A DNA stretch of 64,000 bases from NCBI GenBank assembly GCA_051251915.1, contig JBPOGF010000001.1, positions 320,001 to 384,000 of the forward strand, written 5' to 3'. A program made the position numbers and the translations under genes. Under the pieces are notes generated by a model. That model saw nothing but the letters and a program-made list of their open reading frames with translations, searched no databases and had not been told where the DNA came from. This document shows, in pieces, positions 36,254 to 46,454 of the stretch. This stretch comes from Akkermansiaceae bacterium (GTDB lineage Bacteria; Verrucomicrobiota; Verrucomicrobiia; Verrucomicrobiales; Akkermansiaceae). Each line of letters starts with the position of its first letter. Within the stretch, counting starts at the first letter, position 1.

Positions 36254-38065
36254 GTGGAACACGTGGCTCATTCAACTAATACATGGAGTTCCCGCTTTTC
36301 TGAGGGACTCCGAATTAAATTCAACGATCAGCAACGGTTTTTACTGGCTTGTGTGGTTTGTGGTTTATTATGTGGATTGTTAGCCGTAGCGTTTCATTTA
36401 ATGATTCATGGCACGTTCCATCATTTATGGGACTTTGCTACTGGGTTGAAGGAGACTTGGCAATTTGTGGCGTTGATGTTAATCGCACCTACTACTGGGG
36501 GATTGATCTGCGGGCTGGCTATAAAATACTGGGTTCCAGGGGCTGTGGGGAGTGGTATTCCTCAGACGAAGGAGGCCTATTATAATAAGGGCGGGAAGAT
36601 TCCTACTTTAACTGGTTTGTGGCGGGTGTTGTTGGGGACTGTTTACATTGGTCTGGGTAATTCTTTAGGGCGTGAGGGGCCGATGGTGCATGCTTCATCT
36701 GCGATTGCTTCACGGATAGGGCGGTTTATTTTTTTGGATACTGAGCGTGTTAGGGCAATGATTCCGGTGGGGATGGCAGCGGGGATTGGTGCGGCATTTA
36801 ATGCTCCACTTTCGGCTTTAACATTTGTGTTTGAGGAATTGTTAGATAATTTCTCTACTAAAGCAATAGGAGGAATGGTGGTGGCTGTGGTTATAGCGGC
36901 GGCGGTGTCGCGGACGATTTTAGGAGAGGACCCAGTGATCAATACTCATTTGGCATTGGATTACGAGACATCGGCTTGGATGTTAGTGGCTATTCCTTTG
37001 GGGGCGATAGCTGGGGTGATGGGGCATTTTTTTGTAGGGTCTATTCTTGCTGCGCGACAATTTGTTAAGTCAAGAAAGGGGCTGAGTTCGTGGTACACTC
37101 CTGCTGTAGGAGGGTTGCTATGTGGCTTGCTTGGTTGTCTTTCATTTTGGATCACTAGTAATGCGGGGAATCCTCAGCATGGTGTTTTCAGTATTGGTTA
37201 TGGATCACTGGAAGCTGCATTTGAAAATCAGCTAATTTTGTCTATTTTGATCACTTTATTGGCCTTTAAATTTGTGGCTGTGGTGGTGAACTATGCGACT
37301 GGAGGGAGTGGTGGATTGTTTTCACCGACGCTATTCATTGGTGGAATTCTTGGTGGGGTGATAGGGGTGATACTGGTGAAGACTTATCATTATTTTGAGA
37401 TTGTGACGATAACTGATGAGTCTCAGATCATTGGTGGGTGTGTGCTGTTAGGGATGGGGGCTATGTTTGGCTCGGTTCTGCGGTGTCCGTTTACTTCGTT
37501 GATTATTATTTTTGAGCTGACAGGGAATTACTCACTTATTTTACCGTTGATGGGGGGGAATATGCTTTCTTGGGCTATTTCTAAGAAGTTTAGGCCGATT
37601 GCGCTTTATGATGCGTTGTTGATGAGTGATGGGGTATCTCTGAAGCGGATGCCATTGTATCGGGGGGCGCAGGATTATAGGAATTTACCTGTGGCTGCGA
37701 TCATGACGCATGATGTTATTTCACTAAAATCAGGGCTAAGTGCGGCGGAGAATTTAGTGGAGATCCAAGCTAATCAAACGAAGCATCATGCTTATATGGT
37801 GGTGGGTGAGGAAGGGGTGTTTGAGGGGGTGATCAGTCACCATGAAGTAGAGCATGCGATACCTGAAACGTTGGTGTCTGAGTTGGTGCTTAATCAGGAT
37901 GTGATCTATGTGCATCCAGAGGCATCGATTCGGGATGCTTCACATTTGATGATTCAGAATGATATCCAGCAGTTGCCTATTCTGAGTGCGTCGGATAAGG
38001 GGAGATTGCTAGGGATTTTGACGCTGAATGATATTGCGAGGCAGCAGAATGCTACTCAGATGTAG
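36254..38065 (+). CDS. ClC chloride channel / H+/Cl- antiporter with CBS pair
   Basis: GSGIP, GREGP, FNAP, GGLFSP signatures; C-terminal CBS domains. Confidence 0.93.
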   Translation: MEHVAHSTNTWSSRFSEGLRIKFNDQQRFLLACVVCGLLCGLLAVAFHLMIHGTFHHLWDFATGLKETWQFVALMLIAPTTGGLICGLAIKYWVPGAVGSGIPQTKEAYYNKGGKIPTLTGLWRVLLGTVYIGLGNSLGREGPMVHASSAIASRIGRFIFLDTERVRAMIPVGMAAGIGAAFNAPLSALTFVFEELLDNFSTKAIGGMVVAVVIAAAVSRTILGEDPVINTHLALDYETSAWMLVAIPLGAIAGVMGHFFVGSILAARQFVKSRKGLSSWYTPAVGGLLCGLLGCLSFWITSNAGNPQHGVFSIGYGSLEAAFENQLILSILITLLAFKFVAVVVNYATGGSGGLFSPTLFIGGILGGVIGVILVKTYHYFEIVTITDESQIIGGCVLLGMGAMFGSVLRCPFTSLIIIFELTGNYSLILPLMGGNMLSWAISKKFRPIALYDALLMSDGVSLKRMPLYRGAQDYRNLPVAAIMTHDVISLKSGLSAAENLVEIQANQTKHHAYMVVGEEGVFEGVISHHEVEHAIPETLVSELVLNQDVIYVHPEASIRDASHLMIQNDIQQLPILSASDKGRLLGILTLNDIARQQNATQM

Positions 38066-38084
38066 GGGAGCTCTTTGTTTTTGT

Positions 38085-38380
38085 TCATATACGTCTTAGC
38101 CCATATGACGTATTTCTTCTGTCATGTTTGATTACGAGTATCTTAATTCCGTCTAAACGCTCTTCAAACAGAATATGGAAAGGAAACTTCTTGAGATTAT
38201 ATCTTCTCTTGCCTGTTAAATCAAAGTGATGCCTCTCTGGATACTTCTCTATGTTAGACAAAGATCCTATGAGCTCAGTCCAAAATTCATCTGCTAGATT
38301 AGTCGATACTCCTTCATAATCTTTCGTGATCTGTCGAGCATCTTTAATTGCAGAAGGTGGTAAAAGGGCTCTTTACTCAT
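38085..38380 (-). pseudogene. RelE/ParE-family toxin with a 1-bp frameshift near codon 9
   Basis: ATG overlaps the antitoxin stop (ATGA). The ATG frame gives MSKEPFYH... and stops after 28 codons; the shifted frame gives PSAIKDARQI...YPERH...RRYNLKKFPFHILF...VIKHDRR-stop. Span is 296 nt (3n-1). Confidence 0.8.
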
Positions 38381-38583
38381 CTACCACAGGCCTTAAGAAA
38401 TTCTTCGTGGCTAATGGCTTTCACTTCGCCTGAATTTAGCTCTGCACTTCTACGGTGCACCTCATCATCAGAGACGGTATATGGAGCATCTGATAAACCT
38501 TCTAGAATATAAGCAGCTATTTCTGCTCTTTCTTGGGGCGGAAGCTGTGACACCTCGCTACATATTTCTGATACTTTTAACAT
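38377..38583 (-). CDS. Addiction module antitoxin component (TIGR02574-like)
   Basis: LPPQERAEIA...EVHRRSAELNSGEVKAISHEEF pattern; upstream of the RelE/ParE-like gene. Confidence 0.85.
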   Translation of the reverse strand: MLKVSEICSEVSQLPPQERAEIAAYILEGLSDAPYTVSDDEVHRRSAELNSGEVKAISHEEFLKACGR

Positions 38584-38834
38584 GTATATATATAATAGCG
38601 AATCACGTAAAAACGCAATATTTATAAGAGAGCGCTTTAATCAGGGCGATTAAGCTAGAGATTTATTTTACGAATAGTGTGAAGCTTCATGAATGTGGTG
38701 AAGGATGGTGTAAATATAAATATAGGTGTCCTAGTTTCTATGAGTTTATAACACCCATTGTATTATGGAAGCGCTTAAAGTTTGATGAATTTAATTTCAA
38801 ACTAATTCCTTTATGTAAGGTAGAGAAGATTTAT

Positions 38835-38927
38835 GACCTTAGGCTGGGGATTCCACCGTGCCTTACAGCACGGGGATTTTCGGGTGGGCTGTGTCCTAGG
38901 CTGTGTAACCTTTCTTCCTTCAGGAGA
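38835..38927. repeat. REP-like palindromic intergenic element
   Basis: CCGTGC-cttaca-GCACGG hairpin, CCTAGG, and a terminal TCC-ttca-GGA hairpin downstream of galE. Confidence 0.45.
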
Positions 38928-38942
38928 TTTATAGGTTTGGGG

Positions 38943-39965
38943 CTATTTGGTGTCTCGGTAGCCGTTGGGGTTGTTAGATTGCCATTTCCAGGCGGATTCG
39001 ATCATTTCTTGGAGGCCGAATTGTGCGTGCCAGTTTAGTTCTTTGTTGGCTAGTGTGGCGTCGGCTGTGCATTCAGCGATGTCTCCTGGGCGGCGTGGGC
39101 CGATGATGGTTTTGATTTCTTTTCCTGAGACTTGGCGGAATGTTTCCACCATTTGTTTTACGGAGTAGCCGGTGCCGGTTCCGATGTTGTAGATGAGGGT
39201 TTTGTTGATGTCAGAGGTAAGTTTTTCGATGGATTTTACGTGGGCGCGGGCGAGGTCTACTACGTGGATGTAGTCGCGCACGCCGGTTCCGTCGATGGTG
39301 TCGTAGTCGTCTCCGAAGATGGTGACGTGTTCGCGGATGCCTGCGGCTACTTGGCTGACGAATGGGAGGAGGTTGTTAGGGTATTCTGGGTCTTCGCCGA
39401 TCTGGCCAGATTCATGGGCTCCTACTGGGTTGAAGTATCTGAGTAGGATGACTCCCCAGCCGTATGCTTTACTTGAATCCATGAGGATTTGCTCCATCAT
39501 GGATTTGGTTTGTCCGTATGGGTTGGTGGCGTGGATGGCGGCGTCTTCTTTGATGGGGGTTTCTTCTGGGTCGCCGTAGACGGTGGCGGATGAGCTGAAG
39601 ACGATGTTGGAGACGTTGTTGTCCTGCATTACCTCGAAGAGGGTGAGTGAGCCGGTGATGTTGTTTTTGTAATACATCAGTGGTTGCTCGACGGATTCTC
39701 CGACTGCTTTGAGAGCTGCGAAATGGATGACGGCGTCGATGTTGCCTTCTTTTTTGAAGACGGCATCGAGTGCTTCTTTGTCTAGGAGATTTACTTCGTG
39801 GAAGCTTAGGGTTTTGCCTGTGAGCTGCTGTACTCGCTTCATGGGTTCTGCAACGGAGTTGGTGAAATCATCAACGATGACGACTTCGTAGCCTGAATTG
39901 AGGAGTTCGATGCAGGTGTGGGAGCCGATGTATCCGGCTCCGCCAGTAACTAGTATTTTTTTCAC
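38943..39965 (-). CDS. galE: UDP-glucose 4-epimerase
   Basis: GGAGYIGSH, FSSSATVYG, YGQTK, LRYFNP, GVRDYIHV. Confidence 0.97.
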   Translation of the reverse strand: MKKILVTGGAGYIGSHTCIELLNSGYEVVIVDDFTNSVAEPMKRVQQLTGKTLSFHEVNLLDKEALDAVFKKEGNIDAVIHFAALKAVGESVEQPLMYYKNNITGSLTLFEVMQDNNVSNIVFSSSATVYGDPEETPIKEDAAIHATNPYGQTKSMMEQILMDSSKAYGWGVILLRYFNPVGAHESGQIGEDPEYPNNLLPFVSQVAAGIREHVTIFGDDYDTIDGTGVRDYIHVVDLARAHVKSIEKLTSDINKTLIYNIGTGTGYSVKQMVETFRQVSGKEIKTIIGPRRPGDIAECTADATLANKELNWHAQFGLQEMIESAWKWQSNNPNGYRDTK

Positions 39966-39985
39966 GATTGGTAGGAAATTTGAGA

Positions 39986-40924
39986 CTACTTAGATTGTTC
40001 GAGCATCTTGATGATGGGGGCTTCTGCGCGGGCTCTGATGTCCTCTGGCATTTCTACTGTTGGGGAGAGGTTTAGGAGGCAGTCGTGAAGTTTCTGGAGG
40101 GTGTTCATTTTCATGAATTTGCAGTCGTTGCATGCGCAGTGATCTGTGGGTCCAGGGATAAGGTTTTTGTCTGGGGCTTCTTTTTGGAGCCTGTGGAGCA
40201 TTCCGCTTTCGGTGACGACGATGATGTCTTTGACTGGTGCGTTTTTGCAGTAGGATACCATTTTTTCAGTGGAGCAGACTTCATCGGCTAGGAGTCTGAC
40301 GGCTGTGGTGCACTCTGGGTGAGCGACTACGAGGGCGTCTGGGTATTCTGCTTTGATCTTGTTGATGGAGTTCTGGGTGAACTCGACGTGTACGTAACAT
40401 GAGCCTTGCCAGAGGTCCATTTTGCGGCCGGTTTGTTCCATGACCCAGGCTCCGAGGTTGGCGTCTGGGACGAAGAGGATGGGGCGGTCTGCTGGTGCTT
40501 TGTTGACGATTTTGACGGCATTTCCTGAGGTGCAGATGACGTCGCAGAGTGCTTTGACTCCGCCTGAGCAGTTGATGTAGGCGATGACGTAGTAGTTTTT
40601 CTCAGCGTTTGCTTTGAGGAATGCTTCTAGGTCTTCTGCTGGGCATGATTCTTCGAGTGAGCAGCCAGCGTCTTTGTCTGGGAGGATGACGGTTTTGTTA
40701 GGGTTGAGGATTTTAGCAGTTTCGGCCATGAAGTGGACTCCGCAGAATGCGATGACTTCGGCAGGGGTGTCTTGTGCTTTGTATGCTAGACCTAGTGAGT
40801 CGCCTACGTAGTCTGCGATGTCTTGGATCTCGCCGTCTTGGTAGTTGTGGGCGAGGATGACTGCGTTACGTTCTTTTTTAAGACGTAGGATTTCTTCTTT
40901 TAGGTCTATTGCTGTGGCTTGCAT
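39986..40924 (-). CDS. nadA: Quinolinate synthase
   Basis: ILAHNYQ, CGVHFMAETAKIL, AGCSL, C-VH, AHPEC, C..MK. Confidence 0.97.
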   Translation of the reverse strand: MQATAIDLKEEILRLKKERNAVILAHNYQDGEIQDIADYVGDSLGLAYKAQDTPAEVIAFCGVHFMAETAKILNPNKTVILPDKDAGCSLEESCPAEDLEAFLKANAEKNYYVIAYINCSGGVKALCDVICTSGNAVKIVNKAPADRPILFVPDANLGAWVMEQTGRKMDLWQGSCYVHVEFTQNSINKIKAEYPDALVVAHPECTTAVRLLADEVCSTEKMVSYCKNAPVKDIIVVTESGMLHRLQKEAPDKNLIPGPTDHCACNDCKFMKMNTLQKLHDCLLNLSPTVEMPEDIRARAEAPIIKMLEQSK

Positions 40925-40983
40925 GAGGTTAGATTAGTATGAAAATGTGATTTGCCAAATAATTTATGAGGCGTAGGAGGGAT

Positions 40984-41478
40984 TTATTGATTTGGGATGG
41001 TTTGGGAGTCGTTATTAGGAATGAATTCTTTGCCTTTAGCTAAGAAGATGATGCTTATGGGGCCGCCAATGATGAAGCCGTAGGGGAAGATGGAGATGCC
41101 CCAGAGGATGGATATGATGATGGTGGTGTAGAAGAACCATGGGGCGCGGTGTTTCTTGGAGAAGAAGGAGGTGAGGATGCAGATGGCTCCGATTAGGCCG
41201 ATGGCTAGAGTGATAAGAAAGATGGTGAGTGCTAAACGTAGGTCTTCAGTGAATGCTTCATAGGTAATGTTTTTTCTACCTAAGTTATAGTATGCTCGGT
41301 TTAGGATGAACGTTGAGAAGGGTCTGCCAAACACTGGTAATGTGTAGAGAATGAGGCCGATGAGGGAGAGCTTGCTGCCTGAGTTCTTAGAGGGGGTGGC
41401 TGGGGGTGTAGCTTCAGTGGAGGGTGGGGTGTATGGGGAATTTTTCACGTTTGGGGTGTGATAAGGTGGGCGATGCAT
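40984..41478 (-). CDS. Hypothetical membrane protein
   Basis: SPYTPP N-terminal motif and about 4 hydrophobic segments. Confidence 0.65.
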   Translation of the reverse strand: MHRPPYHTPNVKNSPYTPPSTEATPPATPSKNSGSKLSLIGLILYTLPVFGRPFSTFILNRAYYNLGRKNITYEAFTEDLRLALTIFLITLAIGLIGAICILTSFFSKKHRAPWFFYTTIIISILWGISIFPYGFIIGGPISIIFLAKGKEFIPNNDSQTIPNQ

Positions 41479-41479
41479 G

Positions 41480-41576
41480 TCTCAGGCTTTCAGCCCTCTT
41501 GTGTATGTTGTGGTGTTAACCCATGGCTGCGCTTTGCTTACCATGGGCTTTAATATGTGTTACCCCGTTGGGGCTA
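41480..41576. repeat. REP-like three-hairpin intergenic element
   Basis: GGCT-ttc-AGCC, CCCATGG...CCATGGG and CCCC-gtt-GGGG hairpins in series. Confidence 0.55.
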
Positions 41577-41630
41577 GGTTGAAGGGGAGAGCTTGACTGA
41601 AAGGTGGGGAGTATGGGTTTGGCGGCATGA

Positions 41631-42092
41631 CTATTTTGATTCGGTTTTGTTTTTCCAGTTGGAGAAGACGTAGTGGTGGACGCGTTTTAGGCCGGTGTAG
41701 AATCCTAGTTCTTTGATGGAGGGGAGTATGCCTTTACCTTTGGCTTTGATGGTGGTGGTTCTGGTGATGCGGGTGCCTGAGTCAGTGGTGATGAGGTGGA
41801 AGTCTTCGATGATGGAGTCTACGCAGGGGCCCCAGGTGTGGTCGGTGGTGACCATTTCGAATCTGAGTCTGTGGGGTGGTGACCACTGGGTGATTTTCTG
41901 GATGACGGTGCCACGGTCTGAGATGCAGCGTCTTTCGGAGCCGATTCCTCCGGCTGGGTTTGGGAGTTCGCAGGATTTGGGTTGAGGGACTCCTAGGCAG
42001 AACCAGCCGGGGACGTCCATGCGGGAGTTGGTGAGAAGGGGCCAGAGGTTTTCTGGTGTGGTTTTGATGTTTTTTGTGGTGGTGATTTTCAT
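41631..42092 (-). CDS. SRPBCC (START-like) family protein
   Basis: IKTTPENLW...ITQWSPPHRLRF...GTRITRTT; ATG 42092 overlaps the upstream stop (ATGA). Confidence 0.75.
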   Translation of the reverse strand: MKITTTKNIKTTPENLWPLLTNSRMDVPGWFCLGVPQPKSCELPNPAGGIGSERRCISDRGTVIQKITQWSPPHRLRFEMVTTDHTWGPCVDSIIEDFHLITTDSGTRITRTTTIKAKGKGILPSIKELGFYTGLKRVHHYVFSNWKNKTESK

Positions 42093-42355
42093 TTGGTATT
42101 TAAATAAATGATCATGAGGATGAGTCCGAAGAGGAAGAGCCATTCTGGGGTGTTTTTTTTGGAGGGTTTTTGGAGGAGGGCTTGGATTGATTCTAGGATC
42201 TTGCCTAGTGCTTTGAAGAAGCCGTTGAAAAGGATATCATCTACGGTGTCTAGGGCATCTGTTTCTTGATTGTGGCTTTTGTGGTCTCTTATCAGCATCC
42301 AGATGGTGGAGAAGGTGAGGAGGATGAGGCTTGTAATGAGGTAGGCTATTTTCAT
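42089..42355 (-). CDS. Small hypothetical membrane protein
   Basis: 88 aa, two hydrophobic termini, coupled to the SRPBCC gene. Confidence 0.6.
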   Translation of the reverse strand: MKIAYLITSLILLTFSTIWMLIRDHKSHNQETDALDTVDDILFNGFFKALGKILESIQALLQKPSKKNTPEWLFLFGLILMIIYLNTK

Positions 42356-42605
42356 GTGAAGCTTGGGGCTTTTGTGAGGAAGGTTTACCCTTGTAGGGAG
42401 GGTAGTTGGTTGTGAGTTTTGGTCAAGGGTGGAGGAGCATGTGTCAGGGTTTCAGTTGTCTGTAATGAGAGTTGCTTGTTAGCATTTCTGGGAAATAGGG
42501 TTGGGGGGGAACGAGGGGGGCGTTTTTTTGGGAGATTGGAAATCTCTGGCACTTTGGGTTTAATCTCTGTTGCTAAAATGTTGGGGAGTGGTTTAGGGTT
42601 TGGGT

Positions 42606-43406
42606 ATGGAGATGATGAAGCCTTTACCGATGCCAGAGAAGACTACTGGGGTGTTGTCGTTTGATTTTGATGGGACGTTGGTTTGTCCGGAGAGTGATCC
42701 GCAGTTGGATCCTCGTTTTTTTGAGGTGATACGAGATTTCCGTGAGGCGGGGTGGGTGTGGGGGATCAATACGGGGAGGTCACAGATGCAGATGTTGTCT
42801 GGGTTTATGGAGGGGAAATTTCCGTTTTTGCCGGATTTCTTGATTGCTCGTGAGCGGGAACTTTACACGCCAGGGGCGATGAATCGGTGGATTCCGGTGG
42901 CGGAGTGGAATAAGAGATCTGATAAGGATCATAAGAGGGTGTATAGGAAGGCGAGGAAAGTGATTCAGTTAATTCAGGGGTATGTGGAGAATGAGACGCA
43001 GGCGAGGTGGGTAAGTGAGCAGGGTGATCCTGCGGGGATTGTGGCGAGTACTGTTGAGGAGATGGCGGGGATTGTGGCGTTTATTGATTCTCAGATAGGG
43101 AAATATAAGGATTTGGGGTATCTGAGGAATACGATCTATCTTAGAATGAGCCATAAGGGGTATCATAAAGGGACGACGCTTGCTGAGGTGGCGAGGCGCT
43201 GTGGGGTGGGGGCTGATCAGGTTTTTGCGATTGGTGATGGGCACAATGATATTGATATGTTGCGGAGGGAGTATGCGGGGATGATCGCTTGTCCGGGGAA
43301 TGCGGATGAGGAGGTGAAGGTGCATGTGCGTGAGCAGGGTGGGTATGTGTGTGATGGGCGGGCTAGTTTGGGGGTTATTGAGGCGTTTGAGCATTTCTTT
43401 GATTAG
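42606..43406 (+). CDS. HAD-superfamily (Cof/IIB-type) hydrolase
   Basis: FDFDGTL, NTGR, KG, AIGDGHNDIDM, NA motifs. Confidence 0.9.
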   Translation: MEMMKPLPMPEKTTGVLSFDFDGTLVCPESDPQLDPRFFEVIRDFREAGWVWGINTGRSQMQMLSGFMEGKFPFLPDFLIARERELYTPGAMNRWIPVAEWNKRSDKDHKRVYRKARKVIQLIQGYVENETQARWVSEQGDPAGIVASTVEEMAGIVAFIDSQIGKYKDLGYLRNTIYLRMSHKGYHKGTTLAEVARRCGVGADQVFAIGDGHNDIDMLRREYAGMIACPGNADEEVKVHVREQGGYVCDGRASLGVIEAFEHFFD

Positions 43407-43508
43407 TGGGGTTATAAGGCTAGTGGGGGCACCACGAATCTAGGAATGAGTGGAAGATGGGTTGGTGCACGATGGAGATTTTTTGACCACGGAAGGCACG
43501 GTAATTAC

Positions 43509-43780
43509 GGAACTTGGTTGATGGAACAGAACTACGATAAGGGGCTTGGGCTTTGACCTGCGGTGCTGGACCACGAATCTTCACTAATTTTCACGAATGG
43601 TGGACGATGAAGTCTTGGGGTGATGGGTTTTTGAACCGCTGAAGTCGCTGAGTAGCGTTGAACTTGGGTTGATGAGATGGAACTTGGTTGATGGAACGGA
43701 ACTACGATAGGGGGCTTGGGCTTTGATCTGTGCTGCTGGACTACGAATCTTCGCTAATTTTCACGAATAGGTGGATGATG
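43509..43780. repeat. Two ~101-bp direct repeats (43509-43609 and 43679-43780) within a region of short-period motifs
   Basis: GGAACTTGGTTGATGGAAC...CACGAAT..GTGGAyGATG occurs twice with a 170-bp offset. Confidence 0.9.
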
Positions 43781-43933
43781 GAACTTTTTTAACAGAATTT
43801 CAGAATTGGGCTGAATTGGGTTGAATTTTACTTGGGTTGATGGGTGGGGTGGTGTGAATTAGAAAAATATCAGTTAGTAGAGCGAATTGTCTTCACAATT
43901 CAGTGGCTGAAATGTTTTCTTAGTGCAGACGGT

Positions 43934-44659
43934 ATGAGCGACACAGAAAATAAATTTAAACGAGTAGTTCTCAAGCTTAGCGGTGAAGCTTTGCGCGAGG
44001 TGGGCAGTCAGGATAATATTTCACCAGAGATCGTCGAACGTATCGCAAAGGAGATATCGGTAGCTCATAAGTTGGGTGTAGAGATCGCTATTGTGGTGGG
44101 TGGAGGTAACTTCTGGAGAGGGGCTAGTGCTTCTGCGAGAGGGATGGATAGGGCGACTGCTGACTATGTGGGGATGATGGCGACGGTGATGAATGCACTT
44201 GCTGTGCAGTCTGCTATTGAGGCTGAGGGTGTGCCTTGTATTGTTCAGTCAGCTATTGAGATGAAGAATGTTGCGGAGCCATTTATCCGACGTAAGGCTT
44301 CTAGGCAGTTGAGCATGAAGACTGTGGTGATTTTTGCTGCGGGGACTGGTAGTCCGTTTTTCTCAACTGACACGACAGCTGCGCTGAGAGCGAGTGAGAT
44401 GGCTGCTAATGCGATACTTAAAGCGACTATGGTGGATGGAGTATATACGGCAGATCCTAAGAAGGATTCGAGTGCTGTTCGTTATGAGACTGTGAGTTAT
44501 GAGACTTGTATTAACGACCAATTAGCGGTGATGGACTCGACTGCATTTTCGCTTTGTATGGATAACAATATTCCGATTATGGTTTTTGATCTGAATGTTC
44601 CTGGAAATATAACGAAGGCGATTTTAGGGCAAGAAATAGGGACTATTGTGAGTCACTAA
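43934..44659 (+). CDS. pyrH: UMP kinase
   Basis: RVVLKLSGEAL, VGGGN, DYVGMMAT, PFFSTDT; upstream of frr. Confidence 0.97.
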   Translation: MSDTENKFKRVVLKLSGEALREVGSQDNISPEIVERIAKEISVAHKLGVEIAIVVGGGNFWRGASASARGMDRATADYVGMMATVMNALAVQSAIEAEGVPCIVQSAIEMKNVAEPFIRRKASRQLSMKTVVIFAAGTGSPFFSTDTTAALRASEMAANAILKATMVDGVYTADPKKDSSAVRYETVSYETCINDQLAVMDSTAFSLCMDNNIPIMVFDLNVPGNITKAILGQEIGTIVSH

Positions 44660-44704
44660 TTATTTATTATTATTTAAACTAACAGAATCTAACAAATCAT
44701 TATT

Positions 44705-45271
44705 ATGGAACCAAAAGAAGTACTTACAGAACTGGAAATGGCGATGGAATCTGCCATGGAACATATGAACAAGGAGTTCTCATCCGTTAGGACGGGTAAG
44801 GCATCGCCAGCACTTGTAGAGAATGTGATGGTGGATGTGAAGGCGTATGGCACGAAGATGAAGTTGCGTGATCTTGCGATCATCAGCACACCAGAGCCTA
44901 GGCAGATCGTTATACAGCCGCATGATCCGAGTACTGCGGATGATATTGACCGTGGAATTCGTGAGGCGCAGTTGGGATTTAATCCAGTGAATGAGGGTAA
45001 GCTTTTGAGACTTCCTATTCCTGAGCTTAATGAGGAACGCCGTCAGGAGATGGTGAAGCGTGTGAGGGGCATTAGTGAGGATATAAAGATCCGAGTTCGT
45101 GGTGTGAGGAAGGATGGGATGGATTCTGCGAAGAAGATGAAGGATGCTAATGTTCTGACTGAAGATTCTCAGAGAGACTTTGAGGCACAGGTGCAGGAGA
45201 TTACAGATAAGTTTGGCAAGAAGGTGGATGAGGAGTCTGCGGCTAAGGAGAAGGAAGTGATGACTGTCTAA
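44705..45271 (+). CDS. frr: Ribosome recycling factor
   Basis: [24 protein letters not shown]. Confidence 0.97.
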   Translation: MEPKEVLTELEMAMESAMEHMNKEFSSVRTGKASPALVENVMVDVKAYGTKMKLRDLAIISTPEPRQIVIQPHDPSTADDIDRGIREAQLGFNPVNEGKLLRLPIPELNEERRQEMVKRVRGISEDIKIRVRGVRKDGMDSAKKMKDANVLTEDSQRDFEAQVQEITDKFGKKVDEESAAKEKEVMTV

Positions 45272-45323
45272 AAATAAGACAGAATTCGACGAAATAAATT
45301 TTATACAAGTATCTCTAAAGAAT

Positions 45324-46286
45324 ATGGAAAATGTAATTATTATTGGAACTGGCCCTGCTGGTTACACCGCCGCAATTTATTCTGCACGTGCAGATTTGAC
45401 TCCGCTTATCTTGACTGGTTCACAGCCGGGTGGGCAACTTACTACCACGACTGATGTGGAGAACTTTCCTGGATTCCCTGATGGGATCATGGGGCCTGAG
45501 CTGATGCAGAAAATGCAGCAACAGGCTGAGCGCTTTGGTGCTAGAGTGGAAAATGGGATAGCTGTTACGAGCATTGAGCAGAATGAGGATAAGACCTTTG
45601 CGGTGCATGCTCATAATGTCTTTTCTCCGGACGATGTGAAGACTTATCAGACTAAGACGGTGATCATCGCTTCTGGTGCTTCTGCTAGGTATCTGGGTCT
45701 TCCTGGTGAGGAAGAGTTGGTGAAATCAGGAGCTGGGCTAACTGCTTGTGCGACATGTGATGGGGCGTTTTATAGAGATGTTCCTGTTTGTGTGATCGGA
45801 GGTGGTGACTCTGCTGCTGAGGAGGCTACGTTCCTGACTAAGTTTGCTAGTAAGGTGTATTTGATTCACCGTCGTGAAGAGCTGCGAGCTTCTAAGATTA
45901 TGGCTGCGCGTGCGCTTGCTAATGAGAAGATTGAGCCGGTTTGGAACTCGGGTGTGATTGATTATATTCTTGATGATAATAAGCGCATTAAGGCTGTGAA
46001 GCTTGAGAATACGGTTGATGGAACTGTTTCTGAGCTAGAGCTAGAGGGTGTGTTTATGGCGATTGGTCATACACCGAATACGAGTTTTGTGAGCAAGGAG
46101 CTGGTTGATCTGGATGAGTCTGGGTATATTTTACAGATTCCAGGTAAGACAGCGACTAAGACACCGGGGATCTATGCTGCGGGTGACGTGGCTGATACGG
46201 TTTATAGACAGGGTATCACTGCTGCAGGTCAGGGGTGTGCAGCGGCTTTGGAAGCTGAGCATTACTTGGCTAACATAGAGGGGTAG
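45324..46286 (+). CDS. trxB: Thioredoxin-disulfide reductase
   Basis: [34 protein letters not shown]. Confidence 0.97.
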   Translation: MENVIIIGTGPAGYTAAIYSARADLTPLILTGSQPGGQLTTTTDVENFPGFPDGIMGPELMQKMQQQAERFGARVENGIAVTSIEQNEDKTFAVHAHNVFSPDDVKTYQTKTVIIASGASARYLGLPGEEELVKSGAGLTACATCDGAFYRDVPVCVIGGGDSAAEEATFLTKFASKVYLIHRREELRASKIMAARALANEKIEPVWNSGVIDYILDDNKRIKAVKLENTVDGTVSELELEGVFMAIGHTPNTSFVSKELVDLDESGYILQIPGKTATKTPGIYAAGDVADTVYRQGITAAGQGCAAALEAEHYLANIEG

Positions 46287-46311
46287 TTGATCTAAGAGTC
46301 TAACAAATTTC

Positions 46312-46354
46312 AAATCCTAGGGGTTCACTGCGGTGGGTTTCTAGGATTTTTTTT
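46312..46354 (+). terminator. Intrinsic terminator after trxB
   Basis: AAATCCTAG...CTAGGATTT long stem followed by a T run. Confidence 0.85.
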
Positions 46355-46367
46355 GTGGCTTTGGTGA

Positions 46368-46420
46368 TGACCTGCGGTGCTGTTGACCACGGAAGGCACA
46401 GAATAGACGGAACTTGGGTT
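46368..46420. repeat. Partial copy of the 43.5-kb repeat family
   Basis: TGACCTGCGGTGCTG plus TTGACCACGGAAGGCAC...ACGGAACTTGG match 43483-43569. Confidence 0.8.
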
Positions 46421-46454
46421 GTTTTCTTGGGTTGATGCGGACGCGGCGTTCGCG

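Noticed and set aside
38352..38372. Programmed -1 frameshift in the toxin gene
   Set aside because: The CCCTTTT run is not in the X XXY YYZ phase relative to the ATG frame; a simple deletion or sequencing error is more economical.
38679..39038. 119-aa + strand ORF
   Set aside because: GTG start, runs through the REP-like element and overlaps the galE 3' end; no recognisable motifs.
43509..43780. Possible DGR template/variable repeat pair
   Set aside because: Differences include C/T, G/C and an indel rather than adenine-only changes; both copies are non-coding and no reverse transcriptase is present.
43430..43835. Possible CRISPR array
   Set aside because: Only two long repeats plus heterogeneous short motifs; no regular repeat-spacer period and no cas genes in the window.
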